A stretch of DNA of 64,000 nucleotides from Nanobdellota archaeon (GCA_038045825.1 JBBSXJ010000004.1:95301-159300), one strand, 5' to 3'. Counted from the stretch's first letter, positions 49,391 through 59,584 are shown. Notes: generated by a model from the sequence alone, not told the origin. A program made the numbers and translations.

Positions 49391-49765
49391 CTATTTCTTC
49401 TTGAATTCTACATTAATTAGATGTTCAAATTCTTTGTCACCTGTAACAAATTTATAATTGTTTTTTAATGAGAAAATGTAGCCAACTGCATCAAAGAAAG
49501 ATATGTTTTTACTTTTGTTTTGATGCCTGAACTTAATTGCTTCTATTAATGTTTCTTTATTTACTGAAATGCAGTATGCTTCTAATCTTTTAAACCAATA
49601 ATCTGCTACCTTTTCTCCTTCTTCTCTTAATAATACAAGATAGAATTCAGCTATTGTTGGATCTGTTATTATAAAGTCTGAGATTAAGTACCTTTCAAAT
49701 TCTTTATTGCTTTTTGATATCTCTACAAGAGCATATGTGTCCAAACATTTAGTTATCTCATCCAT
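49391..49765 (-). CDS. vapC: PIN-domain toxin (VapC-like)
   Basis: LDTYALVE, SFFDAVGY, VTGDKEFE acidic PIN positions. Confidence 0.6.
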   Translation of the reverse strand: MDEITKCLDTYALVEISKSNKEFERYLISDFIITDPTIAEFYLVLLREEGEKVADYWFKRLEAYCISVNKETLIEAIKFRHQNKSKNISFFDAVGYIFSLKNNYKFVTGDKEFEHLINVEFKKK

Positions 49766-49980
49766 TTGCTTTCAAGCTCTTTTCTTGCCTCTTGAATCAT
49801 CTGCTTTGCGCTTTTTTTTGATTTTAATATGCCAAACATTTCTTTTAATACGTTTGTCTTTCTTTCGATTTGTATTACTATCCTTTCTTCAGGTTTTATC
49901 CTTAGTTTTTCAATTGTTTCACTGGGTATGATTATTCCTATGGAATTTCCCCATTTTTTTGTTTTTACTTCTATTGCCAT
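49753..49980 (-). CDS. vapB: AbrB/SpoVT-family antitoxin (VapB-like)
   Basis: MAIEVKTKKWGNSIGIIIPSETI swapped-hairpin motif; overlaps PIN gene start; IR tataac-N14-gttata at 49983..50008 upstream. Confidence 0.6.
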   Translation of the reverse strand: MAIEVKTKKWGNSIGIIIPSETIEKLRIKPEERIVIQIERKTNVLKEMFGILKSKKSAKQMIQEARKELESKWMR

Positions 49981-50026
49981 TGTATAACTATTAGGTCTAA
50001 CTGTTATATAAATGTTTGTTTGTGAT

Positions 50027-53000
50027 TTATAATTTCTGAATGAAACCTGCCTTTGGCTTGAAAATGTCTCCTGATTTTGATAATTGATTTATTGCATCTT
50101 CTATTTCTTCTTTTGTTAGTTTTTCTCCCAATTCTTTTTCTAGTTCTGCTGTGGGGATTAGTTTTCCTAGACTTTGTTCTAACTTAGATATTGTTTCTCT
50201 TACTATTATGATTTTATTTCTTTTTGATGCAGGAATTCCAGTTGTTATTCTATCTACATCAAATGTTTGAGTTTCTTCATCAAATCCTACTTGCATCATC
50301 GAATATTTTAGTAATTTTATTGCTCTTCTTGCGTCTTCAACACCCACATAACTACTCAATCTTATTTTTGCACATGCTTCTGAAAGTCTTACTATTGCCT
50401 CTAATTGTCTAGCAGTTATTGGAATTGCTTTTATTTCTGAATTTCCAGATAATGTTCTATTTCTTATTGAAATATAGAATTCTTTTATTTCTTCTGCCGC
50501 TTCGTCTGTTAATTTTGGTTTTATTTTTCTTGCAAATGCGACATACTTTCTTAATAGTTTTGGATCTATTACATCTCTTTCAACTGTTTGTTTGTGTTCT
50601 TCTAAGACATGAGATGCAATTGCTTCATCCTGGACTCTGTTTGGTATGTCTCTTAATACAAAGATAACATCAAATCTACTTAATAATGCTGGAGAGATAT
50701 TGATTTGCTGAGGAATAGGAATTACTGGATCAAATCTTCCTAATTTTGGGTTGCCAGCTGCTAGAACTGAAGTTTCTGATCTTAGTGTTGCTTGGATATT
50801 TGCTTTGGAGATTGTAACAGTATTATGAAGAATTGCTGCTTGGGAAACAAACGCATGGTTTGGTTCAATAGTTACATCGTAAACCCATTCTTCATCTTCA
50901 TTGTCCATTACTTCAACACCCCTTACTTTTTCCCACCCAATATCTCCCGTTAATATTTCTAAGAACTCCTTGTTTTTTTCATTTTTAACTTGGAGCAGTA
51001 AATTTTTCAAGAAATCTGCTGAAAATGAAAACTTGTCATTTCTAACTTGATGATCATAAATTATGTCATATTGCTTATATTTGCCTACTTGAGTTATATT
51101 CTCTTCTTTAATTATTGCGATTATTGATTCGTTAAAATCTAAAGGAAGCCTGTTTTTTACATATCTCCTTATCTTTTTTTCTTTAAGATAATTATTTATT
51201 ATTTGATTCTTTCTCTCTGTTACAAATCCAATATTTTCAGAGAATCTTTGAATATTTTGATAATCTGTTATTCCTACCTTGTAAAATCCTTTATGCTCTG
51301 TTACTGAACTTCTTATTTTAAACCTAAGCAGCAAGTCTTGTATTTGCTCTGCTAGTCTTTTACTTTTTGTTGAATATCCTATCCTTATTGTTCTCTTTTT
51401 TATTGAAGCATAACCATCTCCTTCAAATAAACAGGAGATCATTGCTGCAATATTTTCTTTTTCACCTTTCATCGCAAATTTTGGTATTTCTTTCTCTCCT
51501 GCATATCTAATCATTTCATGCATATTCTTTAAAATAAAATTACTTAGCTCTCTAGAAATATAACGGCAGAAATACATTGGGCCTGTCGGATCTATTCTTA
51601 TCTGTTTATATGGTTTAAGATTAAATGTCTTTTTCATACATTCTTCAAAATCTTTTATGACAATTTCATCTTTATTCGCAAAACTTATCCTGATTAATTT
51701 ACCTCTATTTCTTTCCTTTGATCCCTCTGAAACAATATATCCTACTATCTTGAATAGCTCTCTGCAATTAGATGTAGGAATAGTTGGATGTTGTTTTATT
51801 CTTTGGTCCAAGCTTACCCCCATCTTTTCAAATACTTGTTTCTTTCCACTTATTGGCATACTTAATGGAATTGGGATTGGATCTTCTAGTTGGATATTAT
51901 CTGCTCTTTTTGTTATTATTTTTCCATCTTTTACAGTGAATACGGGATGTTCCGGGGTAACTATTATTTCTCTCCCATGAGATAATTTTATTTTAATAAA
52001 TTTTTTAAAAGCTTTATGCTTGCTTATGCGAGTAGCTTTTATTGGAGAGATATTTTTCCAATCTGTTGTAAGTAGTTCTAAATCATTAACATGAAGTATT
52101 AAACAGTCTTTTCCTTGAATTATTTTTTCTTTATTTTTTTCTAGAAGACTCTCAACTAATTCTCCTATTTTTACTTCTTGACCATCTGCTAGACTAATTA
52201 TTGTATCTTTGTGATAACATTGTTGCTCCATGCTTTCATGCATCGTTGATCTATCATGTTCGTCCATTTTTTCTATTTCATCTATACAAACTGTTCCTTT
52301 ATTTGATAGAACCATTGCTCCTGCTTCTAGAGACCATCCTTTCAAAAATTCATCTTTTACAACTGCTGCTGTAAGGCCTGCTCCTGTTGCTGCTTTTCCA
52401 GAAACATAACGTCCTTTAGGAGCTACACGAGATACAAATTTTAGAGTTACCGATTTTGCTACTCCAGGATCTCCTACTAAAAGAACGTGAATGTCTCCTC
52501 TTGTGTTCCCACCATCTGAACGTTTTTTCTTTACACCTGAAAATAACTGAAGAAGTATAGCTTCTTTTACTTCTTTGAAACCATATACGCTTGGAGCTAT
52601 ACTGCTTGCAAGTCTTTCAAATGCTTTTGGATCTGTAGCTATTTTTTTTATTTGTTCTTCGTCTTTTTCATTTACTTCCAGATCATCAAATGTTTCTTCT
52701 AAAGGTATTGCATTATTTGCTTCAATTGCTAAATCGAATCTTGTAGAAATAGAACCTTGCTGAAGAGGTACAGGAACTTCCTTTAGAACACCTATTATTC
52801 TTACTTTACTTCCAGGAGTCGTTCTATCTTCCATTCTAGGATCTACCAAATCTTCTTTCAGAAAGACATTCATTCTTCTTGGCTGCTCTCCTCCTTCTAA
52901 TGAATCTGGAGATTCTTCAATTACAAGACGTTGAGCATCAACCAGTTCTTTTGAAAGTAGTTTGAATAATCCCTTTCTTCCGCATGAACATCTACTTGGT

Positions 53001-53434
53001 TCTCTGAATTTTCTGTCTATTTGAAGAACTGATAAAATTGCTCCACATGTTGGACATTCAAATCTGGCATTAACAACTTGAGGTCTTACATCTGACGCTT
53101 GACGAACTATTCCTTCAATTGTTATGAATTGATCTAAATGTTTTGCCCTAATTTCTTTTATTTTTATTTTGACTGAATCTGGGAGAGATGTGAATCTTAT
53201 TCTTGGAGGTTTTGGAAGGTATGCTTGTTCTTCCAGGCAAAGTTCTAATAAGGCAATTATTTCTTCTGGAGTCTCTAAAAGTTTTTCTGATAACATTGGA
53301 GAAAATTTAGATAAGTGATAAAAGTCTAAAGGAACAACTTGGTCATTTTTTACAGATCTTATTATCTCCTTCTTGCTGTTTTGGAAGAATTCTTTTGCTT
53401 CTTTTTCAAGTTCCTGCTTTTTTCCTAGTTCCAT
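50027..53434 (-). CDS. mcm: MCM replicative helicase, interrupted in-frame by an intein
   Basis: zinc finger CPTC…CSC, Walker A GDPGVAKS, Walker B CIDEIEKM, HESMEQQ|intein|TVTISKANIQ, arginine finger SRFDVIF; extein 669 aa. Confidence 0.9.
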   Translation of the reverse strand: MELGKKQELEKEAKEFFQNSKKEIIRSVKNDQVVPLDFYHLSKFSPMLSEKLLETPEEIIALLELCLEEQAYLPKPPRIRFTSLPDSVKIKIKEIRAKHLDQFITIEGIVRQASDVRPQVVNARFECPTCGAILSVLQIDRKFREPSRCSCGRKGLFKLLSKELVDAQRLVIEESPDSLEGGEQPRRMNVFLKEDLVDPRMEDRTTPGSKVRIIGVLKEVPVPLQQGSISTRFDLAIEANNAIPLEETFDDLEVNEKDEEQIKKIATDPKAFERLASSIAPSVYGFKEVKEAILLQLFSGVKKKRSDGGNTRGDIHVLLVGDPGVAKSVTLKFVSRVAPKGRYVSGKAATGAGLTAAVVKDEFLKGWSLEAGAMVLSNKGTVCIDEIEKMDEHDRSTMHESMEQQCYHKDTIISLADGQEVKIGELVESLLEKNKEKIIQGKDCLILHVNDLELLTTDWKNISPIKATRISKHKAFKKFIKIKLSHGREIIVTPEHPVFTVKDGKIITKRADNIQLEDPIPIPLSMPISGKKQVFEKMGVSLDQRIKQHPTIPTSNCRELFKIVGYIVSEGSKERNRGKLIRISFANKDEIVIKDFEECMKKTFNLKPYKQIRIDPTGPMYFCRYISRELSNFILKNMHEMIRYAGEKEIPKFAMKGEKENIAAMISCLFEGDGYASIKKRTIRIGYSTKSKRLAEQIQDLLLRFKIRSSVTEHKGFYKVGITDYQNIQRFSENIGFVTERKNQIINNYLKEKKIRRYVKNRLPLDFNESIIAIIKEENITQVGKYKQYDIIYDHQVRNDKFSFSADFLKNLLLQVKNEKNKEFLEILTGDIGWEKVRGVEVMDNEDEEWVYDVTIEPNHAFVSQAAILHNTVTISKANIQATLRSETSVLAAGNPKLGRFDPVIPIPQQINISPALLSRFDVIFVLRDIPNRVQDEAIASHVLEEHKQTVERDVIDPKLLRKYVAFARKIKPKLTDEAAEEIKEFYISIRNRTLSGNSEIKAIPITARQLEAIVRLSEACAKIRLSSYVGVEDARRAIKLLKYSMMQVGFDEETQTFDVDRITTGIPASKRNKIIIVRETISKLEQSLGKLIPTAELEKELGEKLTKEEIEDAINQLSKSGDIFKPKAGFIQKL
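50822..52219 (-). mobile_element. MCM intein (466 aa) with LAGLIDADG homing-endonuclease domain
   Basis: starts with Cys right after MEQQ (CYHKDTIISL), ends …AAILHN followed by Thr; LAGLIDADG-like blocks IVGYIVSEGS and ISCLFEGDGYAS. Confidence 0.8.
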
Positions 53435-53564
53435 TGGAAGTAGGGGTTGTGTTTGCTTTAAATTGTTTATTGCTATCTTAGCATATGTTTGTTTATTGTT
53501 AATACTTCAGGGTTTTGCTATATGGTTCTTCATTTACAGTTGTTGTTCTTGCGATCATCTCTAG

Positions 53565-53687
53565 ATTTGCATTTTGGATTGTTTTAGTAATTTTGATTTT
53601 AAGAAAATAGTTGCTGGAATAATAACAGCAAGTCATATTCATAAGAGAAAGAAGTTTAAAAACTCATTATGGATTTGTGATTTTTAG
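53565..53687 (+). pseudogene. relic 3' end of a fourth giant-surface-protein paralog (TM helix + KRKKF tail), degraded by a stop
   Basis: ~85% nt identity to 34169..34250 (C-terminal TM/tail of protein B); translates to …IVAGIITASHIHKRKKF… with internal TAA. Confidence 0.45.
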
Positions 53688-53738
53688 TTGTTGAATTCTA
53701 GAACAAACTTTATAAATGACTTTTGTATACTTATTGTA

Positions 53739-56700
53739 ATGAAAAGAGATGGTTTTTTATTTGTAGTTATTGCTTTTGCCATTCTCTCTGCTTTTGTTTT
53801 TTATTTTGATTACTCTAAAGAATGTGGTTCCGTTGTTTGTATAGCAACATTTGTTTCCACTGGAGAGACTTCGGCTTCCGAATATAAGTTAGATGATTCT
53901 GTTTTATCTAAAATTATTTATCCTTTCGTTAATCCTGTTGAAGGTGTTCTTTTACAGCCTGCTGATGATCCAACTGAACCACCTTTGCCACCTAGTGATT
54001 TAAATGCTACACCTTTAAGTTTTTCCTCTATGAGATTGGATTGGAAAGATAATAGTAATACTGCAAATAATGGTGAGGAAGGATTTATTTTGCAGTATAA
54101 ATTATCTTCTGCTCCTGCATCTGCTTGGGCGGATGCTCCTGGTGCTAATGGTTTGCCTCCAAACACAGAATCATTTATACATAATAATCTCATGCCAAGC
54201 ACTTCTTATGATTATAGAGTGCTTGCTTATAATATAATTGATTCTTCTCCTTGGTCAAATACTGCTACTGGAATTACTCTATCTGATGCGCCTATTATTA
54301 ATTCATTTAGTCCTAATCCTGTTTATAATCATGTTTCAACTAATGTTTCAATACTAGGAGATAATCTTCCAGTTAATTTTGCTATTTTGTTTAAACCTCA
54401 AGGACAAGCTAGTTATGATCCTTATTGTTCTTTTGCTACTGCTGGCTGTTCTAGAATTAGCTCTAATGAAATTAGATTTCCTATACAGAGAAATGCTATC
54501 GCAGATGTTTATGATATTAAAGTTGTTAATTTAGATAATTCTCGAGAATCTCAACCTCAGCAGCTTACTATTAGAAATGCACCTGTTCCAATAATTAGTA
54601 CATTAACTCCTGGAACTGTAAGACATAATATTGCAAGGACGATTACAATTAATGGATCTAATTTGATGCCAGAGTATGCTATTTTTGCAAGAGATACACT
54701 TACTCAAACGACTCTGAGTATTTGTAATTATCTTACTGGAAGTAATTATAATTGTAATTGGGTTAATAGCAATACATTCACTTTTGTGATTCCTCAAGGA
54801 CAGGATACAGGGTCTTTTGAGTATCAATATGCTAATGTAATAGATGCTAATACTGGTTTCTTTCAGTATTCAGTTAATTGGTTGCCTTTGACTATAGAGC
54901 CTACGACTTGTCTTGATGGTGTCGATACTACTCCTTGTAGTAACCAACAAGGTGTTTGTCAAGGTTCTGTTGCTAGATGTGTTGATGGAGAGTTTGAAGT
55001 TTGCAATTCTGCAACTTATTCTACTCATAGTCTAAATTATGCTTCTGTTGAAACTGGCTCTGTTTTATGTGCTGATGGTAGCGATAATGATTGTGACGAG
55101 CTTAATATTGCTACTGGTGGAAGAGATTATGTTGGAAGTGGAAATGGTGCTATTAAAGGAGATACTGGCTGTCCTATTCAAATTACAAATATAAATGCAC
55201 CTTCTAGTGTTAATACAGGCACTAATTTTAATTTAGTTTGCACATCAAATCCTGGAAGTGTTTCTGTTGCATTAGATGGATTTATTGACTCTTCTTCTTG
55301 CGCTTTATCTAGTTCTAGTGGAAATACCGCTACTTTTAGCTGTGTTAGTTCTTCTACTCCTGGGATAACTCAAATTGCAAAGTGCGACGTTGATTCTTCT
55401 ATATCTTATAGGAGTGGAAATGCTTTGACATCTAATGTACAAATAACTGCTAGTTCTTGTTCTGGATATAGTGAAAGTACAAGTTGCAATGCTGCACCTG
55501 GTAATATTTGTCAATGGTGTCTTGGATGTGCTGGTACCAGCGGGACTAAATCTAGCGGGGGTCCAGATAGATGTGTAGATGCAGGTACTTGTTCTGGATC
55601 TTATCAATGTAGAATTAATCAATGTGGTGCTACGTGTGAGGGAACTTCTAGTGGTTGTTCTCAATCACAGAGTTGTAATGCTAACTCTTGCGGTTGTGTT
55701 GATCAGAGCCCGGTTATAAATAATATAAATAATCTTCCTAGTCCTACATTTTCATGGGGATCTAACAATGCTTTAACTGTTAATGGACAATATTTTGCTT
55801 CTAATGCTGAATTAAGAATTGATGGAGTTCCTTGTTCTACACGATGTCAGAATTTAGTTATTACTGGAAATAGTATCTCTTTTAATATTGGGGCTGGAGC
55901 ATTTGGAGTTGGAACTCATACTATTGTTGTTAGAAACCCAACTCCTTCTCCTGGATTGAATTCTAGCTCTTTAACTTTCACTTTAAGATCTAATCCTGTA
56001 ATAAACTCTGTTTCCCCTAATATTATTGTTAATAATGTTAATAATGTGATTAATATAACTGGAAATGATTTTGATCCTTTAGCAATTGTTACTGCTAATG
56101 GAATAGCTGTAACTCCTTTGATAGTTGTTGTTAATTCTAATTTAATACAATTACCTTTACCTCCTGGAATATTGGGGACTTTAGTAGGGGACTTTGCAAT
56201 TAGAGTTATAAGTGGAGATGGTGTTGTTTCTTCTCCTCCGCAAAATCTTAGAGTTAATTACCCATTTAGTTATCTTTCTACATTGAATCCTTCTATTGTT
56301 CCTGTTGTTTCTGGATCTTCATTTAATGTCCTGGTTGAATTAGAAAGTCTTGTTGAAATGACTCAAGAAGAAGTTATTATTTCTGCTCAGTCTATTCCTG
56401 AAGCTTCTGTTAGCTTTGTTGGATTAGATAGATGCACTCCTAGTGCTGGAAACCCTAATCCTACTTGTAATGTGACTCTTGATGTAGATGTTGGAAATGT
56501 AGTTGAACAAGATTATAATATTACTATTACTGCAACATCTCAAACTACCAACATTGTCCGTCGGGTTACGTTAATTTTGCAAGGGGAGATAGGAACTCTT
56601 GCTGAATGTAGAAATGGTATTCAAGATACTCATGAAACTTGTGTAGATGGCGGAGGTCCTATCTGCGCACCTGCTGGTATTTTATGTGGCTTTGGAGAGT

Positions 56701-57806
56701 CTTGTTTATTAAATTCTGATTGTGTTGTTGCTGGCTCTGCATATACTGCTGGATTGTGTTATAGCAATAATATTTGTAGTATAGATAATGATGGAGATAG
56801 TGTTCCTGATGGACCAATTCCCAATAATTTAGATTTATGTCTTAATACTCCTATATCTACAATTGTTAGTACTTTGAATGGGTGTCCTGTTCCTTCTGTT
56901 TCTAGATTTGTATCTCCGTTAACTACTAATTTCTTTGCAGTTCCTGATTTGAGCAATGTTCAAGATATGTCTCTGGCGGTTTCTGGGGCAGGAAGAATAC
57001 AATATTTAGGGCAAAGAGTTTCTGTTTTGAGAAATGCTACAGGGGTTCATCAGGCTTTGAATTTAGATAATGCCGTAAATATAGAAAGCAATTTGATTGG
57101 GGTTGATGCTTTGGGTAATCCTGAACTTGATCAAACTGCTGTTTTGACATTTGAAGGTTTATCTTACTCTGAAGCGCCTACTCCTGTTGTTTCAAGTTCT
57201 ACAGGATATATTGTTTGTCCTTCTACTTTATGCCAGAGTTTGTCTTATGTTAATGGAGTATTCAGCGTGAATGTTGCTGGATTTAGTAATTATAGTACTC
57301 AAAATTCTACCTGTGGAGATACTTATTGTAGTTTGAGTGAGACTTGTTCTTCTTGTGGTTCTGATTGCGGAGTATGTACTTCTTCTAGTGCAAGTGGATC
57401 TGGTAGTGGTAGTTCTGGAGGATCAGGAGGATCTAGTGGGGGACCTCCTAGAAGATCTAGTACTTTAGTTACTCAATGCAATGATAGAATTGATAATGAT
57501 GGAGATGGAAGGATAGATTATCCTGCAGATACTGGATGTACAAATGTTCAAGATAATCTGGAATTGTTTGTAGAACCTCTTATTGATACAGACGAAGAAG
57601 AAACAGGAGAGGAGATTTCTCTTGAAAGAATATTTGAAGTAAGGGTTGTATTTTGGATAGTTCTTCTTGCTTTGATTGGAGGAATAGTTGTTGTATCTAC
57701 AGTAATACTTAGAGATTTGATGGGAAGAAAGAAATTTAATCAGCTTTCTAAAGCAATTAATCCAACCCAATCTTCAACGCGGAGTTCTCCTCCTGTAGGC
57801 ATATAA
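53739..57806 (+). CDS. giant cell-surface protein C, paralog of A and B. The ORF track starts at a TTG at 53688; the ATG at 53739 gives a MKRDGFLFVVIAFAIL signal anchor
   Basis: N-terminal anchor, FN3 module, Cys-rich modules homologous to protein A (25-30 Cys), C-terminal region homologous to protein B (…STLVTQCNDRIDNDGDGRIDYPADTGC…), acidic linker, TM, basic tail. Confidence 0.7.
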   Translation: MKRDGFLFVVIAFAILSAFVFYFDYSKECGSVVCIATFVSTGETSASEYKLDDSVLSKIIYPFVNPVEGVLLQPADDPTEPPLPPSDLNATPLSFSSMRLDWKDNSNTANNGEEGFILQYKLSSAPASAWADAPGANGLPPNTESFIHNNLMPSTSYDYRVLAYNIIDSSPWSNTATGITLSDAPIINSFSPNPVYNHVSTNVSILGDNLPVNFAILFKPQGQASYDPYCSFATAGCSRISSNEIRFPIQRNAIADVYDIKVVNLDNSRESQPQQLTIRNAPVPIISTLTPGTVRHNIARTITINGSNLMPEYAIFARDTLTQTTLSICNYLTGSNYNCNWVNSNTFTFVIPQGQDTGSFEYQYANVIDANTGFFQYSVNWLPLTIEPTTCLDGVDTTPCSNQQGVCQGSVARCVDGEFEVCNSATYSTHSLNYASVETGSVLCADGSDNDCDELNIATGGRDYVGSGNGAIKGDTGCPIQITNINAPSSVNTGTNFNLVCTSNPGSVSVALDGFIDSSSCALSSSSGNTATFSCVSSSTPGITQIAKCDVDSSISYRSGNALTSNVQITASSCSGYSESTSCNAAPGNICQWCLGCAGTSGTKSSGGPDRCVDAGTCSGSYQCRINQCGATCEGTSSGCSQSQSCNANSCGCVDQSPVINNINNLPSPTFSWGSNNALTVNGQYFASNAELRIDGVPCSTRCQNLVITGNSISFNIGAGAFGVGTHTIVVRNPTPSPGLNSSSLTFTLRSNPVINSVSPNIIVNNVNNVINITGNDFDPLAIVTANGIAVTPLIVVVNSNLIQLPLPPGILGTLVGDFAIRVISGDGVVSSPPQNLRVNYPFSYLSTLNPSIVPVVSGSSFNVLVELESLVEMTQEEVIISAQSIPEASVSFVGLDRCTPSAGNPNPTCNVTLDVDVGNVVEQDYNITITATSQTTNIVRRVTLILQGEIGTLAECRNGIQDTHETCVDGGGPICAPAGILCGFGESCLLNSDCVVAGSAYTAGLCYSNNICSIDNDGDSVPDGPIPNNLDLCLNTPISTIVSTLNGCPVPSVSRFVSPLTTNFFAVPDLSNVQDMSLAVSGAGRIQYLGQRVSVLRNATGVHQALNLDNAVNIESNLIGVDALGNPELDQTAVLTFEGLSYSEAPTPVVSSSTGYIVCPSTLCQSLSYVNGVFSVNVAGFSNYSTQNSTCGDTYCSLSETCSSCGSDCGVCTSSSASGSGSGSSGGSGGSSGGPPRRSSTLVTQCNDRIDNDGDGRIDYPADTGCTNVQDNLELFVEPLIDTDEEETGEEISLERIFEVRVVFWIVLLALIGGIVVVSTVILRDLMGRKKFNQLSKAINPTQSSTRSSPPVGI

Positions 57807-58901
57807 CTACTCTATTTGGAATCTTAAAATTGCTCCAAAACCCTTTGTAATATTGAAGAACTGTTCTCCTTCTTGAGTTTCATTTGAAATAAGAATTACT
57901 TCTGAGCCCATATCTAGAGCCAGTCTTTCGAACTCGGCTATCTTGCTCTTTTCTAACTTACTTGATAATAATAATTTGTATACTGCTCCTCTTTCTAGAG
58001 CTACTCTTGTTTTATCTTCTCCATATGCAGCTTTTTCAGGGTATTTTCCTAGAGTCATGAAAAATTCTTCTATGATCTTTTTTTCTTTTATTATTTCTTG
58101 TTCGGCTATATCTTCTTGAGATGCTTCAACTAATAGTTTTAATCCATGTTCATCAACATAACCTATATCTTTTACTGCAATTACTTTTTCTTTTAATTTT
58201 GTAACTAGATTTCCATCTTCTAAGAATTCTTCTTTAGTTGGGATTGGACCACCTACTAAAAGACCTTTCAATCTTGGAAGTTCGAAGAATAATTCTTTTG
58301 CTGCTTCACTAGTTCTTCTAAAGAACTCTTTGGCTAGGCCTTCTGTAATTCTATGGAATCTTTGTGCTGATTGACCACCAGCCCTTACTTTAGATGGAAC
58401 ACCCGAAGTTAAATGTCTTAAAACTTTAATTTGCTTTCCTTCTAGTAATCCTAGTGTTGCTTCTTGCCTATCGATTACTATTAATCCATAGACTTCATCT
58501 GTTTGCAACATCTCCCTTAAGGGTTCTGTTACAAATACTTGATCGCAACGATACATTCTTACACGTAGAGGTTTAGGCGGTTCTATTGCCCATAATTTAA
58601 TATCTGATATTCCTTCTTTTTCAGAAATATTTCCTGCGTAAAGAGCTAGACCATTTGGAGGAGTTTGTTTTGTACCTTTAAGGAAACGTACTATCATATC
58701 TATAGAGTCGGTTACTGCTGATCTCGTTGCTTTAGACTTAATGTTGTCTGCAGTGGATCTTTCAGCTTCTAATTGTTTTGTTACGCTATGGATATTAAAA
58801 TCAACTGGAATCATCACTGTTACTAGTTCTGTATGTCTGCCTCTTACAGCTTCTAGTTCTTCAATCTGTTCTTCTAATTGTAATTTCTGTTTGTCGTTCA
58901 T
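57807..58901 (-). CDS. prf1: peptide chain release factor aRF1
   Basis: NIKS stop-codon-recognition motif (TADNIKSKATR) and GGQ peptidyl-hydrolysis motif (RAGGQSAQRF). Confidence 0.8.
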   Translation of the reverse strand: MNDKQKLQLEEQIEELEAVRGRHTELVTVMIPVDFNIHSVTKQLEAERSTADNIKSKATRSAVTDSIDMIVRFLKGTKQTPPNGLALYAGNISEKEGISDIKLWAIEPPKPLRVRMYRCDQVFVTEPLREMLQTDEVYGLIVIDRQEATLGLLEGKQIKVLRHLTSGVPSKVRAGGQSAQRFHRITEGLAKEFFRRTSEAAKELFFELPRLKGLLVGGPIPTKEEFLEDGNLVTKLKEKVIAVKDIGYVDEHGLKLLVEASQEDIAEQEIIKEKKIIEEFFMTLGKYPEKAAYGEDKTRVALERGAVYKLLLSSKLEKSKIAEFERLALDMGSEVILISNETQEGEQFFNITKGFGAILRFQIE

Positions 58902-58994
58902 AATTATGATTGTGAGAATTGTGTTTTAAACATTGCTAATTGAAATTATCGGGCTTAAAATTATAAGCTTTGAGATAATTTTAAAGATTGCATA

Positions 58995-59378
58995 TTACAA
59001 CATAATAGCTTCTTTAAGGTCTCTGAAATGTGAATCTTTCGTTATTATTTTTGCACTTATTGATTTTGCTGCACAGATAATCAATGTATCTGCTAGAGAT
59101 ATTGTTGACTTATTCATTCTTTTTTCTGCATGAAGAGCTCCTGCTTCTTTTGAGATTCTTGGTGTTAATTTAAAGATTTTTGCTCTTTTTATCATTGATT
59201 CGTATGCTGTTTCTATATTTTTATCTTTTCTTTTTAGAAAACTAACTACTTCTCCTATGTTTATATTTAGAATAAATATTTCATTATCCTCTTGTAAAAT
59301 ATCATTGACTTTTTCCCCTGATGAGCTTCCTTCAAAATATTCTATCCAAGCAGATGAGTCAACAAAATATTTCATCAA
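58995..59378 (-). CDS. vapC: PIN-domain toxin (VapC-like)
   Basis: YFVDSSAWIEY, …ISLADTLIICAA…, ITKDSHF PIN acidic positions. Confidence 0.6.
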   Translation of the reverse strand: MMKYFVDSSAWIEYFEGSSSGEKVNDILQEDNEIFILNINIGEVVSFLKRKDKNIETAYESMIKRAKIFKLTPRISKEAGALHAEKRMNKSTISLADTLIICAAKSISAKIITKDSHFRDLKEAIML

Positions 59379-59584
59379 AAACGATCTTTCATACGATCTT
59401 TAGTTGTGAAATGATTTACTCCCTTTAATGCTCCAAAGTAACTTTTTCTCGATTTTTTTACTGAAATCTCAACTACTTGATTTTCTTCAAGTTGCTCTTC
59501 CTTTACTATTTCTATAGGTATAGTTACAACTAGAGAACCTCCTATTCTTCTTGTTGTTGCTAGTGTCTTTAATTCTGTTTCCAT
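59375..59584 (-). CDS. vapB: AbrB/SpoVT-family antitoxin (VapB-like)
   Basis: RRIGGSLVVTIPIEIV swapped-hairpin motif; 4-nt overlap with PIN gene. Confidence 0.6.
   Translation of the reverse strand: METELKTLATTRRIGGSLVVTIPIEIVKEEQLEENQVVEISVKKSRKSYFGALKGVNHFTTKDRMKDRF

Noticed and set aside
50027-53434. Possibility that the 1135-aa MCM ORF is a fusion of MCM with an unrelated gene
   Set aside because: MCM sequence resumes in frame precisely after a Cys…HN-bounded segment with LAGLIDADG blocks, the signature of an intein rather than a gene fusion
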